In this document: positions 10,167 through 20,509 of the stretch, piece after piece
Layout: every line of letters starts with the position of its first letter
Position numbering within the stretch: the first letter of the stretch is position 1
NCBI GenBank assembly: GCA_903872185.1
Contig: CAIQJL010000375.1
Location: 1 to 61,359 of the forward strand
DNA from: an uncultured Bacteroidota bacterium
Lineage (GTDB): Bacteria; Bacteroidota; Bacteroidia; Bacteroidales; GWA2-32-17
Direction: 5' to 3'
DNA length: 61,359 nucleotides
Program-made: the position numbers and the translations under genes
The notes under the pieces: generated by a model
Database searches by the model: none
What the model was told of the DNA's origin: nothing
What the model saw: the letters and a program-made list of their open reading frames with translations, nothing else

Positions 10167-10964
10167 ATGACAATAAAATATTCTATTTGCTTCTTGCTTT
10201 TTTTATTATGCACATTTACCTCAAATGCACAATTATTACTTAGAACAAATTCTACTTTTGATTTTTCTGCAATATCAACAAATTCAAATTCTAATAATTT
10301 AAATTATGCCGAAAAGTGGAATCTAGAAGAATCGTTTTACTATAGAAAAAGATATAATTATGAGAGTAAAGAAAAAACTGTTTATAGTATCTTTTCCATT
10401 TATAAGAAAAATTCAGTAATTGGTTTTTGTCCGTATGGCATTGATTTAGACATAATGAGCGAACGTTTTAACAAAAACAAAACAAATACTTTTAGATATT
10501 GGAATAAAATTAGAATGGGGCTTAAATTTGTCATAGAAAAAAACATAAATGATACAGGAAAATTTTCATTGGACGCACTTATTCCCGAGCTATATCTCTC
10601 ATATCTTCACATACCACAATCAGCAAGAGGCGATCAAACTACAAAAGCAAGAAAAGGCTCTTTTATGATATTTTTTATGATTACACCATTAAAAAGATCT
10701 CTTTCTTATATTAAATTCAATATTGGTTCGATATGGATAAAGCCATATTTCAAACAAGAACAGATTAATATTAGAGAAATGGAAAATTTTTCGGGAATAT
10801 ATGCCGAAGTTGAAATAAACAGAAATGGTTACAATCATAGTATTGTTGAATCTTCAAAAGATGTGTACAGAGGAATAACTTTATTTGGTGGACCCGAATA
10901 CAGTTTTACTAATAAGAAATTTTTCATGAATCTTGGGGTTTTGATAACCACAGAAAATCATTAA
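10167..10964 (+). CDS. Hypothetical secreted protein, possibly outer-membrane beta-strand rich
   Basis: 265-aa ORF with signal peptide (…SNAQ) and alternating aromatic strands; no recognised family. Confidence 0.6.
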   Translation: MTIKYSICFLLFLLCTFTSNAQLLLRTNSTFDFSAISTNSNSNNLNYAEKWNLEESFYYRKRYNYESKEKTVYSIFSIYKKNSVIGFCPYGIDLDIMSERFNKNKTNTFRYWNKIRMGLKFVIEKNINDTGKFSLDALIPELYLSYLHIPQSARGDQTTKARKGSFMIFFMITPLKRSLSYIKFNIGSIWIKPYFKQEQINIREMENFSGIYAEVEINRNGYNHSIVESSKDVYRGITLFGGPEYSFTNKKFFMNLGVLITTENH

Positions 10965-11065
10965 ATATTAATATTAGTATCTTACCTTGGGAGATTTACA
11001 TTTTAAAATCTGAAGATAAATCGCATAACATAATATCAAAACGATTTATTAAAGAGTAGGGAAAA

Positions 11066-11116
11066 CATTCCCGAAATGTAGACGAAGTATAGATTATTCA
11101 CTGCGTTCAGAATGAC
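11066..11116. repeat. REP-like palindromic element (decayed left unit + right unit)
   Basis: TAGATTATTCACTGCGTTCAGAATGACA is near-identical to 55738-55765 TAGATTCTTCACTACGTTCAGAATGACA. Confidence 0.7.
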
Positions 11117-11124
11117 AAAAACAG

Positions 11125-12342
11125 TTAAACTGCAGCCTGCAATTTTTTAAGTGTAGATTTATCAAGTTTGCTTTTGCAATAATCTTCTGTAATATTCAAA
11201 GATTTTATTTTTGATGTTGGCGCATCAAACATTGCATCGAGCATAATAGTTTCGCAAATAGAACGAAGTCCTCGGGCACCTAATTTAAATTCAATTGCTT
11301 TGTCAACAACATACTCTAAAGCGTTATCATCAAATGTTAATTTAATACCATCAATATCAAAAAGTTTCATATATTGCTTTGTTAAAGCATTTTTAGGATC
11401 AGTAAGAATTTGCCTTAATGCAGCACGATCAAGAGGATGTAAATATGTTAACAATGGTAAACGTCCAATAATTTCAGGAATTAGACCAAATGCTCTCAAA
11501 TCCTGAGGAGCAATATATTTTATTAAATTATCACGATCAATCTGGTCTTTATCGCGACTGGCGTGATATCCAACAACTAGAGTATTTAATCGTTTGCTTA
11601 TTTTTTTCTGAATACCATCAAATGCACCACCGCAAATAAAAAGAATATTTTTTGTATCAACTTCTATAAATCGTTGTTCAGGATGTTTACGACCACCTTG
11701 TGGCGGTACATTTACAACAGAACCTTCAAGAAGTTTTAATAAACCTTGTTGAACACCTTCACCTGAAACATCACGTGTAATTGAAGGATTGTCGCCTTTA
11801 CGAGCAATTTTATCTATTTCGTCTATGAAAACGATTCCCATTTGAGCACGTTTAACATCATAATCTGCAGCTTGTAAAAGTCGTGACAAAAGACTTTCAA
11901 CATCTTCGCCAACATAGCCAGCTTCCGTTAACACAGTGGCATCAACAATGGTAAAAGGAACATCTAACATTTTAGCAATAGTACGAGCTAATAGAGTTTT
12001 TCCCGTACCTGTTTCGCCAACTAGAATAATATTTGATTTTTCTATTTCAACCTCATTATCGGTATCTTCCTGAAAAATTCTTTTGTAATGATTATAAACA
12101 GCAACTGAAAGAGACCGTTTTGCATCTTCCTGTCCAATTACATATTGATTAAGAAATTCGAAAATCTGAACAGGTTTCAGTAACTTTTGTTTTGGTGTAG
12201 TTTTTTTTGTAGATCTATGGCTTTCTTCGGTTAAAATCTGTTTCGCCTGGTCAACACAGCTATCGCAGATGTGCCCCGACATTCCTTCAATTAACATACC
12301 TGCTTCTTTACGACTACGGCCGCAGAACGAACATTTATCCAT
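11125..12342 (-). CDS. clpX: ATP-dependent Clp protease ATP-binding subunit
   Basis: CSFCG...ICDSC zinc domain, GETGTGKT Walker [26 protein letters not shown]. Confidence 0.98.
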   Translation of the reverse strand: MDKCSFCGRSRKEAGMLIEGMSGHICDSCVDQAKQILTEESHRSTKKTTPKQKLLKPVQIFEFLNQYVIGQEDAKRSLSVAVYNHYKRIFQEDTDNEVEIEKSNIILVGETGTGKTLLARTIAKMLDVPFTIVDATVLTEAGYVGEDVESLLSRLLQAADYDVKRAQMGIVFIDEIDKIARKGDNPSITRDVSGEGVQQGLLKLLEGSVVNVPPQGGRKHPEQRFIEVDTKNILFICGGAFDGIQKKISKRLNTLVVGYHASRDKDQIDRDNLIKYIAPQDLRAFGLIPEIIGRLPLLTYLHPLDRAALRQILTDPKNALTKQYMKLFDIDGIKLTFDDNALEYVVDKAIEFKLGARGLRSICETIMLDAMFDAPTSKIKSLNITEDYCKSKLDKSTLKKLQAAV

Positions 12343-12377
12343 TAGTAAATAAAATTTGAAACTATTTTTAAATTATA

Positions 12378-12426
12378 CCCTTCGACTTTCCTTCGACTAC
12401 GCTCAGGACAAGCTACTCAGGGTGGC
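12378..12426. repeat. Nested REP-like element
   Basis: Outer CCCTTCGACT...CTCAGGGTGGC encloses inner CCTTCGACTACGCTCAGGACAAG (12390-12412). Confidence 0.7.
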
Positions 12427-12437
12427 TATCTAAAAAA

Positions 12438-13121
12438 TTATTTTTTCTTTTTATCGCGAACTAAAACCTCATCAATTAAGCCATAAGCTTTAGCTTCTGT
12501 TGCTGTCATCCAATAATCACGATCGCTATCTTTTTCGATTTTCGCAAAAGGATTTCCAGAATGAATAGCAAGAATATCATATAATTCTTTTTTCAATTTT
12601 AGAATTTCGCGAGCTGTTATTTCTATATCACTTGCTTGTCCTTCTGCACCACCCATTGGTTGGTGAATCATAACGCGACTATGTGTTAAAGCAGAGCGTT
12701 TACCTTTTGCACCAGCAGTTAATAAAATTGCCCCCATTGAAGCAGCCATTCCTGTACATATTGTTGCAACATCAGATCCAATATATTGCATAGTATCATA
12801 GATTCCTAATCCAGCATATACTGAACCACCAGGGGTATTGAAATAAATCTGAATATCTTTATTTGGGTCGCTGCTTTCTAAGAAAAGTAATTGTGCCTGA
12901 ATAATATTTGCAACATCATCATCAATAGGTGCACCTAAAAATATTATACGATCCATCATTAATCTTGAAAAAACGTCCATTGTTGCAATGTTTAACTGAC
13001 GCTCTTCAATAATTGTTGGTGAGATATAGCTATTTGTTACAGATTTATAACCATCAAAAATAGAACTACTAATTCCTTTGTGCTTAATTGCATATTTTCT
13101 GAATTCGCTATTATCTTTCAT
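12438..13121 (-). CDS. clpP: ATP-dependent Clp protease proteolytic subunit
   Basis: [21 protein letters not shown] (Ser), MIHQPMGG (His), DRDYWM (Asp). Confidence 0.98.
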   Translation of the reverse strand: MKDNSEFRKYAIKHKGISSSIFDGYKSVTNSYISPTIIEERQLNIATMDVFSRLMMDRIIFLGAPIDDDVANIIQAQLLFLESSDPNKDIQIYFNTPGGSVYAGLGIYDTMQYIGSDVATICTGMAASMGAILLTAGAKGKRSALTHSRVMIHQPMGGAEGQASDIEITAREILKLKKELYDILAIHSGNPFAKIEKDSDRDYWMTATEAKAYGLIDEVLVRDKKKK

Positions 13122-13142
13122 AGTTTAAATTTTAATTAGTTT

Positions 13143-14489
13143 TTACAATTTGCGAAACTCTTCTGGAGTAATTTCTTTTATTTCCAAATTTATCGATTCT
13201 TTCACAAATTCTAACACTTTATCTTCAACTTTTTTCTCTTCGATACGTTTTTTCTCTTTTTCGTTTGATAAAATTCTTTTTGCCATTTCATCAAGATACT
13301 CTTCAGGAACATTGTTCATTCCATATTGGCGGAACTGAGCCATTGCCACCTGTTTAGCTAACTCGTTTACTTCTTCTTCGCTTATTCTTAAGTCGTTTTC
13401 TTTTATGAATTTTTCCTTAACAAGCTGCCATTTAATGTCTTCCTGAAATGCAGGATATTCTTTTTCAAGAACATCATCTGTTAATTCTTTCTCGCTTGTT
13501 TTCTTTAACCATTTCTTTAAGAAGTCGTTTGGAAGTTCAAAAGTAGCCTGTGCCATCAATTGAGCACGAATATCAGCTTTAAGTTTATAATCACTTTCTG
13601 CTTTATAGCTTTCTGAAATTTCAGAAGTTATTTTTTCTAAAAATTGTTCTTCTGATGTTACTACATCTTTACCGTATATTTTATCCCAAAGTTCCTGATT
13701 AATTTCTGCATCAATGAATGAAGTCACTTCTTTTACCGTGAAACTGAAGTTATTAGTAGTTAATACCAAATCTTGTTTCTTTTGATTTAATAAACCGGCT
13801 ATTTCGTCATCATTAGGAAATGCTTTTTTAATATCAAAACTAACATACTGATTAACTGTTAAGCCAATAAACTGTTTTTTTATTTCTTCATCTTTAATTA
13901 CAGAAACAAGCATTTTTGATTCTTCATTAACAATACCACCTTCTGTTTCTTTGCCATCATCATTTAATTGAGTCATACAACCTTTAAGCATAGATTTCTC
14001 TTCGCTTTGATCAGCAGGCATATACGAGCCATAATTTCTGGTATAATATGTTTTGAAATTATCAATTGATTCCTGATCAACAGTTAAACTATATAGAGGA
14101 AGCTTAACTTTTTTATCAATTTTAATATCTATTTCAGGAGAAAGTCCTATTTCAAATGAAAATTCAAAAGTAGGCTCACTATCAAGATCAATTTTATCTA
14201 AATTATTTTCAGTAGCTAAAGGTTCTCCTAAAATACTTACTTTATTTTCTACTACATAATTCCACAAAGAATCAGATAAAACTTTATTTACTTCGTCGAT
14301 TAAAACATTCTTACCATACATTTTTTTTACTAATCCTGCTGGCACCATGCCAGGGCGAAACCCTTTAATACTAGCTTTTTTTCGAAGGTCTTTCATTGCT
14401 TTTTCAACTTTTTCTTCGTAATCAGCTTTCTCAATTTTAACATTTAAAATTGCATTTAATGCGTCAAGGTCAGTCTTTGTAATGTTCAT
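13143..14489 (-). CDS. tig: Trigger factor (start reassigned to MNITK at 14489)
   Basis: KGFRPGMVP ribosome-binding signature; tig-clpP-clpX order; the longer start at 14555 lies upstream of the promoter. Confidence 0.95.
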   Translation of the reverse strand: MNITKTDLDALNAILNVKIEKADYEEKVEKAMKDLRKKASIKGFRPGMVPAGLVKKMYGKNVLIDEVNKVLSDSLWNYVVENKVSILGEPLATENNLDKIDLDSEPTFEFSFEIGLSPEIDIKIDKKVKLPLYSLTVDQESIDNFKTYYTRNYGSYMPADQSEEKSMLKGCMTQLNDDGKETEGGIVNEESKMLVSVIKDEEIKKQFIGLTVNQYVSFDIKKAFPNDDEIAGLLNQKKQDLVLTTNNFSFTVKEVTSFIDAEINQELWDKIYGKDVVTSEEQFLEKITSEISESYKAESDYKLKADIRAQLMAQATFELPNDFLKKWLKKTSEKELTDDVLEKEYPAFQEDIKWQLVKEKFIKENDLRISEEEVNELAKQVAMAQFRQYGMNNVPEEYLDEMAKRILSNEKEKKRIEEKKVEDKVLEFVKESINLEIKEITPEEFRKL

Positions 14490-14521
14490 TTTAAATCTAA
14501 ATTTTAATTTTAAAACCGCCA

Positions 14522-14529
14522 CAAATATA
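14522..14529 (-). promoter_or_regulatory. -7 element (TATATTTG) for the tig-clpP-clpX operon
   Basis: TAnnTTTG match about 30 nt upstream of the tig ATG, inside an imperfect hairpin that may also end the tRNA transcript. Confidence 0.5.
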
Positions 14530-14565
14530 ATATTTGCAGCGGTTTCATTTTTCACTTCTTATAAG

Positions 14566-14647
14566 TACGGGTGAAGGGACTCGAACCCCCACACCTTGCG
14601 GCACCAGATCCTAAGTCTGGAGCGTCTACCAATTCCGCCACACCCGC
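14566..14647 (-). tRNA. tRNA-Leu (anticodon TAG), CCA not encoded
   Basis: GCGGGTG/CACCCGT acceptor stem, TGGCGGAATTGGTAGACGC D arm, CCAGA-CTTAGGA-TCTGG anticodon arm, long variable arm, GGTTCGAGTCC T arm. Confidence 0.97.
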
Positions 14648-14659
14648 AAAAAACGGTTG

Positions 14660-14667
14660 CAAAGTTA
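14660..14667 (-). promoter_or_regulatory. -7 element (TAACTTTG) of the tRNA-Leu gene
   Basis: TAnnTTTG match 12 nt upstream of the tRNA 5' end. Confidence 0.6.
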
Positions 14668-14789
14668 AAGGTTTTTATTTATAAATTATAATTTTTCACT
14701 AACTTTTCAAAAAAAAGTGCTCTAATTTTGTAAATTGAAAGAAGTTGTGTTAATTTGTTCCAATTAATATTTCGAAACAACAAACAGCT

Positions 14790-16928
14790 ATGAGATTAAT
14801 CCTTAGTTTTTTACTTATTACTTTTGCGTCTTTAAACCTTATTGCGCAAACTGATGTTGAAGTTATTAATCAAACAAATAAGAATGCACTTGACAGTAAT
14901 CAGGTTAAGTGGCAGGCTGCTTTAATTAAAGACTCCTTACTGCAAATAAATAAAAACAAGATAGTTAACGTAAGGTGGGCTTCAAAAGTTGTTGATTTTT
15001 CTACACAATTTTCCAAAAAAGAAAAAGCTGCTTATCAAGTTTTAGGAAGACCAAACGTACTTCCAATTGGTGGTGATGCAAAAACAGCATGGAGTGTAAA
15101 AGAAAAAGATGGTAAAGAGTCAGATAACGACGCATTCATAAGAGTAGGCTACGATAACCCATCTAGGGTTCAACAAATTGCCATTGCAGAAAGCTTTAAT
15201 CCTGGATCAATTACAAAAGTAACGGTATTTGGTGTAAAAGGTGAACAACAAGTTGTTTACGAAAAACCAGCACAAAATTTAGGTATTAAAAGCAGAATGA
15301 TGAACATTATACTTCCTCAGGCAACAGAGTTTTATGTTTCTGAAGTAGAAGTCAGGCTTGACCCTACTGCAATTATTGGAAGCAATCAAATTGACGCCAT
15401 TGGTGTTTCGGAAAATAAAGATTCAGTTACATGGAGTATTAATTTAATTCCTATGGTTGAATTTCCAAGCGCTGCTGAAAACTTAGGCGAAGCAATTAAT
15501 TCTATATATGATGAAGTTGCTCCAATGATTTCTCCTGATGGAAAAACTGTATATTTCTGTCGTAAATTACATCCAGAAAATGCTGGTGGGTTTAATGATG
15601 AAGATGATATCTGGTATTCGAAAAAAGATGACAACGGAAAATGGATTGCTGCTAAAAACATTGGTGCACCATTAAATAATAAATTCAACAATTTTGTTCA
15701 ATCTATTACTCCTGACGGAAACTCATTATTAGTTGGTAATTTATATAATAAAGACGGAACTACTGGTGCAGGCGTTTCTTTAACTTACAAAACAAAACAG
15801 GGATGGGCATTACCAGAGAAACAAACTATTGATGATTTTTTAAATCTTAATCAATTTGCAAATTATTTTTTATCAAATGATGGAAAATATTTACTTATGG
15901 CTATTGAAAAAGGTGATTCATATGGTGAACTCGATATTTATGTAAGTTTTAGAAAAGGCGATAACCGCTGGTCTAAACCTACTAATTTAGGGCCAATGAT
16001 TAATTCATGTGTAAACGATTACAGTCCTTTCTTAGCTGCTGACGGAGTAACACTTTACTTTTCAACCGCAGGTATTTCAGGTTATGGACTAGAAGACATT
16101 TTTGTTACTACTCGTTTAGATGATACTTGGACAAATTGGAGCGAACCACAAAATTTAGGTTCAAAATTAAACAGTGCATCTTCTGATTCAAAATATAATA
16201 TTCCTGCCTCTGGTGAGTTTGCATTTTTCTCAACTACAAATAAATCTATAGGAAAGAATGACATTTTCAAAATTAAACTTCCAACTAAAATAAAACCAAA
16301 TCCAGTAGTATTAATTTCAGGTAAGGTTATTAACGAAAGAACAAATCAACCTGTTGATGCAAGAATTATTGTTGAAGAATTACCTAGCGGAAGAGAAGCT
16401 GCTATTGCTCGTACCGACCCAAATACAGGCGAGTTTAAAATTATTCTTCCAGCTGGAAAAAAATACGGATTCCGTGCAATTGGTTTAGGATTTTTTGAGG
16501 TTAATAAAAATATCGACTTAAGCGATGTTAAAGAATACACTGAAATAGAAGACGAAATGTTGCGTATGGCACCTATAGAAGTAGGTTCTATTGTAAGACT
16601 TAACAATATTTTCTTTGAATTTGCTAAAGCAACTTTATTACCAGAATCATTTCCAGAACTTGACAGAACAGCTGATTTCTTAAAAACAAATTCAAATATT
16701 ACAATTGAAATTGGCGGTCATACTGATGATGTTGGATCTGATGTTACAAATCAAAAACTTTCAGAAAAAAGAGCTCAGTCAGTTGCTACCTATTTAATTT
16801 CAAAAGGCCTAGACACAAAACGTGTTACTGTTGTAGGTTATGGCGAAAGTCGCCCTGTTGCATTCAATACCGACGAAGAAGGTCGTGCAATGAACCGTAG
16901 AGTTGAATTTAAAATCATGAAAAAATAA
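14790..16928 (+). CDS. OmpA-family protein with PD40 repeats and an extra N-terminal beta domain
   Basis: Signal peptide; PD40 repeats; C-terminal OmpA motifs NIFFE..KA, IEIGGHTD..G, NQKLSEKRA, GYGESRP, NRRVEF. Confidence 0.9.
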   Translation: MRLILSFLLITFASLNLIAQTDVEVINQTNKNALDSNQVKWQAALIKDSLLQINKNKIVNVRWASKVVDFSTQFSKKEKAAYQVLGRPNVLPIGGDAKTAWSVKEKDGKESDNDAFIRVGYDNPSRVQQIAIAESFNPGSITKVTVFGVKGEQQVVYEKPAQNLGIKSRMMNIILPQATEFYVSEVEVRLDPTAIIGSNQIDAIGVSENKDSVTWSINLIPMVEFPSAAENLGEAINSIYDEVAPMISPDGKTVYFCRKLHPENAGGFNDEDDIWYSKKDDNGKWIAAKNIGAPLNNKFNNFVQSITPDGNSLLVGNLYNKDGTTGAGVSLTYKTKQGWALPEKQTIDDFLNLNQFANYFLSNDGKYLLMAIEKGDSYGELDIYVSFRKGDNRWSKPTNLGPMINSCVNDYSPFLAADGVTLYFSTAGISGYGLEDIFVTTRLDDTWTNWSEPQNLGSKLNSASSDSKYNIPASGEFAFFSTTNKSIGKNDIFKIKLPTKIKPNPVVLISGKVINERTNQPVDARIIVEELPSGREAAIARTDPNTGEFKIILPAGKKYGFRAIGLGFFEVNKNIDLSDVKEYTEIEDEMLRMAPIEVGSIVRLNNIFFEFAKATLLPESFPELDRTADFLKTNSNITIEIGGHTDDVGSDVTNQKLSEKRAQSVATYLISKGLDTKRVTVVGYGESRPVAFNTDEEGRAMNRRVEFKIMKK

Positions 16929-16946
16929 TCCTCAAATATTTTTATT

Positions 16947-17306
16947 ATGAAATATTTCAAACAAAACGAAACACTAAATGGTGACTCATGTGTAAATTTA
17001 TACAGTGGAATTTCTCAGGATGATATGAATAATGAAGTAGATAAACTTTTTAAATCATCTGGCTATAAAATAAAAGAAGGAAAACCGGGAAATGCTACAT
17101 ACGAAAAAGGAAGTAAAACAATGAGAATTTTGTTTGGTGCATTTTCTAAACATTTTGTTTTTCAAATTAAAACATACGCTAACGAACCTGATACTGTAAA
17201 AGTAACGGTTGTTAAGGGAACAAATGGTATAGCTGGTGGTTTGGTTGGAATGAAACAAGTAAAAAATGAATTAACAAGAATTTCTCAAGTTCTTCAAACT
17301 ATTTAA
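16947..17306 (+). CDS. Hypothetical protein (119 aa)
   Basis: ATG 18 nt after the OmpA gene, plausible composition; its stop abuts the convergent gamma-CA stop. Confidence 0.65.
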   Translation: MKYFKQNETLNGDSCVNLYSGISQDDMNNEVDKLFKSSGYKIKEGKPGNATYEKGSKTMRILFGAFSKHFVFQIKTYANEPDTVKVTVVKGTNGIAGGLVGMKQVKNELTRISQVLQTI

Positions 17307-17822
17307 TTATTCTTTATACCAACTTGCATACATAGTATAACTATTTGCAATTCTTTCAATTTGCCCAACAACTAATGAGGGGTCTACATTTTTAATTTTT
17401 TTAGCTGGTATACCTGCATAAACTGAGCCTTCTTCTATTATTGTATTTTCTGACACAACTGCTCCAGCAGCAATAACACAATTGCTATGTATTATAACAC
17501 CATCCATAATAATAGCACCCATTCCAATTAACACATTATCATGAATTGTACATCCATGAACTATTGCATTATGAGCAATTGACACATTATTACCAATAAC
17601 AGTTGGTGCTTTTTTATAAGTTACGTGCACAATTGCACCATCTTGAATATTAACTTTATTTCCAATTCTTATTGTATTTACATCGCCCCTAACAACTGCA
17701 TTAAACCAGACACTACATTCGTTTCCCATAACAACATCTCCAACAATAGTAGAATTTTCTGCAAAAAAACAATTCTCACCAAATATTGGTTTAATACCTC
17801 TCAATTCAATAATCAACGCCAT
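17307..17822 (-). CDS. Gamma carbonic anhydrase family hexapeptide-repeat protein
   Basis: SVWFNAVVRGDVN, NIQDGAIVH, SIAHNAIVHGC (three Zn-binding His). Confidence 0.93.
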   Translation of the reverse strand: MALIIELRGIKPIFGENCFFAENSTIVGDVVMGNECSVWFNAVVRGDVNTIRIGNKVNIQDGAIVHVTYKKAPTVIGNNVSIAHNAIVHGCTIHDNVLIGMGAIIMDGVIIHSNCVIAAGAVVSENTIIEEGSVYAGIPAKKIKNVDPSLVVGQIERIANSYTMYASWYKE

Positions 17823-17859
17823 AACATTTAGAAATTTAATAAAATTAGAACTCTAAAGA

Positions 17860-20331
17860 TTAAATAGAAATTTCCTTTTTTAAAAGTACAATTATCTTAC
17901 TTAGTAACTGCTCTGATAAAACTACAAGTGGTTGAATTTTTTCAACTTCTTTATGTTCTTTTGCTAAACGTTGGATTTCGTTTATTTTATTTTCTAAAAG
18001 TTTCATCCCTAAATAAGCTAGGGCTGGTTTCATTTTATGTGCAATATTTGTAATATCCGACCAATTATGATTTTCAGTTGCAATTTTAATCTGAGACATT
18101 TCTTCTAGAGTTTTCTCGATAAAAACGGTCAACATTTTATCAACTGTTTCCTTGCTTCCTTTTGAAATACCTTTAAGTACAGAAAGATCAAACAAATTCT
18201 CATCTCTAGAAACAAGTAAAACATCGTTATCGTGAAAGCGCTCGTTGCTATGATAAAAATTCGCATTTGCCATACCTAGTGAATTTGCAATTTTATGAAA
18301 TAACACCTGAGATTTAAAAGGTTTTGAAATCGTATCATTCATTCCTACCTCAATATATTTTCTATGGTCTTCGCTATAGGCATTTGCAGTAATTGCAATA
18401 ATTGGAGTTTCGCAAACAGGCTTTTTAAATCCTGTTCTTATTTGTTTTGTTGCTTCAACACCATCCATAACTGGCATTTGAATATCCATTAGAACAACAT
18501 CATAACGAGTTGTCTTCATTTTATCTAAAACTTCTTGCCCATTTTCAACTATATCAATCTCGAATCCCCAATCTTCTACCATTGACTGCACAACCATTTG
18601 ATTAAACACCTGGTCTTCCGCTAACAATATTCTAATTTTATCTATAGAATGTAAATTTGATTCTTGATTAGCATCTTCTTCAAGAAATAATTCATTCTCC
18701 ATTCCAATTGGGAATTTAATATTGAATGAGAATATTGATCCTCTTTCTGGCTCGCTAGTTATTTCGAGTTTCCCTCCCATTAATTCAATTAACTTATTAG
18801 AAATAACAAGACCTAATCCAGAACCACCTGTAGATTCTGTTGAAATTGGACGGTTGTTAGAAAAACTTCCAATAATTTCTTTCATTCTATCAGCAGTTAT
18901 ACCAGCGCCTGTATCTGAAACTTCAAAATAAAACGAACAAAATTCTGTACAACCTAATTTCTTTGATATTTTTATTTCAACTTTCCCTTTTTCGGTATAT
19001 TTAATTGCATTTTCAACTAAATTTAATAATATTTGATTTAATCTTGCAGAATCGCCTTTTAAGTAATAATCATCGCCATACACTACATAATCAGACAATA
19101 ACTCTATACCTTTTGAACGCACATTATAAAACTGATTATTAATTACTGATGATATAACATCTTTAAGACTAAAGGTTTTATGTTGTAATGAAATTTCCCC
19201 AGACTCAATTTTTGAAATATCTAATAAATCGTTAACAATAACCATTAAATTCTCAGCTGACTTTATAATAACATTTAAAAAGTTAAATTGTTTTTTTGTA
19301 AGATCTGTTTTTAATAGAAGTTCAGACATTCCAATTATTGAATTCATTGGAATTCTAAAAGCATGACTCATATTAGCAAGAAAAACCGTTTTTGCTTTGT
19401 TAGCTTCTTCTGCTCTTTTGCGTTCAATTGTAATTTCTTCTTGCGCAGCTTTTCGTTCACGCAAATCACGAATTACTAAAAAAAGCATGTCTTTTCCGTC
19501 CCATTTACCAGGAGAATAAGTCGTTTCCGAAGGAATCATTTCACCAGTAGCAGAAATTAAAGGAAAAAATGAAAGCATTGCTTTGCCTTTTAAAGCTTTC
19601 TCTACAGTGTTTTTTATATCAAAAGAAAGTTCAGAAGGATGAATCTGATTAATATACATATTAGAAAGTTCTTCATCTAAATATCCTAATTTTTGTGCTG
19701 AAATTGGATTAAAATGAATTATTCTTCCTTCTGTATTTATTATAAACAACATGTCATTTATGCCAGTGAACAAACTTTCGAAATTTGTTTGATGTTCACG
19801 AAGTAAATTCTCAGAGTCTAATCGACCAATTACACCTCCTATTTTTGCACTTACTGCTTCCACTGTTTCAGTTACAATAACAGACGGAGCTTTATTTTTA
19901 TCAGAAATTAAAACTAAAAGAGCTACAACTTCACGATTAAGTTTTACAGGTAAAGTAATAAAATATGTGGCCTCACGAATACTGTCAAAAATTAAAAACT
20001 CATCACGATTCTCTGATTTATTAATTATGCATAACTGTTCATTTAATGCAAGTTCTACTTCAGGTGAAGATGATTTAAAATTATTTGCTGAAGATTTAAA
20101 AGAAGTTGGTAATCCTACTTCATATTCAAAACACAAATCATTTTTTTGAGATAGAATATAAACAGCTCCTCCCATAAAACAATCTATTCTTAAAAGATGC
20201 TCAAGTAAAATATGAACAGCCTCACGAAGGCTTAATGTAATACTTAATTCAATAGCAATTTCTTTTTGAAGAGTTATAAGAAATTCTGCATCAGAACCGT
20301 GTGTATTATTTATCTCTTTAGTTTTATTCAT
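17860..20331 (-). CDS. Cytoplasmic hybrid sensor kinase-like protein (GAF-PAS-HisKA-HATPase-REC-HPt) with atypical H-box
   Basis: FLANMSHAFRIP, NQILLNLVENAIKYT, DTGAG, GSGLGL, REC LMDIQMP/KPF, HPt AHKMKP; start taken at ATG 20331 (TTG 20355 possible). Confidence 0.88.
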   Translation of the reverse strand: MNKTKEINNTHGSDAEFLITLQKEIAIELSITLSLREAVHILLEHLLRIDCFMGGAVYILSQKNDLCFEYEVGLPTSFKSSANNFKSSSPEVELALNEQLCIINKSENRDEFLIFDSIREATYFITLPVKLNREVVALLVLISDKNKAPSVIVTETVEAVSAKIGGVIGRLDSENLLREHQTNFESLFTGINDMLFIINTEGRIIHFNPISAQKLGYLDEELSNMYINQIHPSELSFDIKNTVEKALKGKAMLSFFPLISATGEMIPSETTYSPGKWDGKDMLFLVIRDLRERKAAQEEITIERKRAEEANKAKTVFLANMSHAFRIPMNSIIGMSELLLKTDLTKKQFNFLNVIIKSAENLMVIVNDLLDISKIESGEISLQHKTFSLKDVISSVINNQFYNVRSKGIELLSDYVVYGDDYYLKGDSARLNQILLNLVENAIKYTEKGKVEIKISKKLGCTEFCSFYFEVSDTGAGITADRMKEIIGSFSNNRPISTESTGGSGLGLVISNKLIELMGGKLEITSEPERGSIFSFNIKFPIGMENELFLEEDANQESNLHSIDKIRILLAEDQVFNQMVVQSMVEDWGFEIDIVENGQEVLDKMKTTRYDVVLMDIQMPVMDGVEATKQIRTGFKKPVCETPIIAITANAYSEDHRKYIEVGMNDTISKPFKSQVLFHKIANSLGMANANFYHSNERFHDNDVLLVSRDENLFDLSVLKGISKGSKETVDKMLTVFIEKTLEEMSQIKIATENHNWSDITNIAHKMKPALAYLGMKLLENKINEIQRLAKEHKEVEKIQPLVVLSEQLLSKIIVLLKKEISI

Positions 20332-20509
20332 GACCAGATACTTTGTTAGCAACAATAAAATATTTTAAATTTTCATCAAACGAATATCATAATTAAGGCA
20401 TTACAATATATGAAAATTCCATATAATAATAAAAAATATATGTCAATATATATAATTAATTGGTAAAGATTAATTCTTTACAATCACAATTTTAACTTAA
20501 AAATTACAT

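Noticed and set aside
14490-14555. N-terminal extension of trigger factor in the ORF track
   Set aside because: It overlaps the promoter/hairpin; MNITK at 14489 matches the normal Tig start
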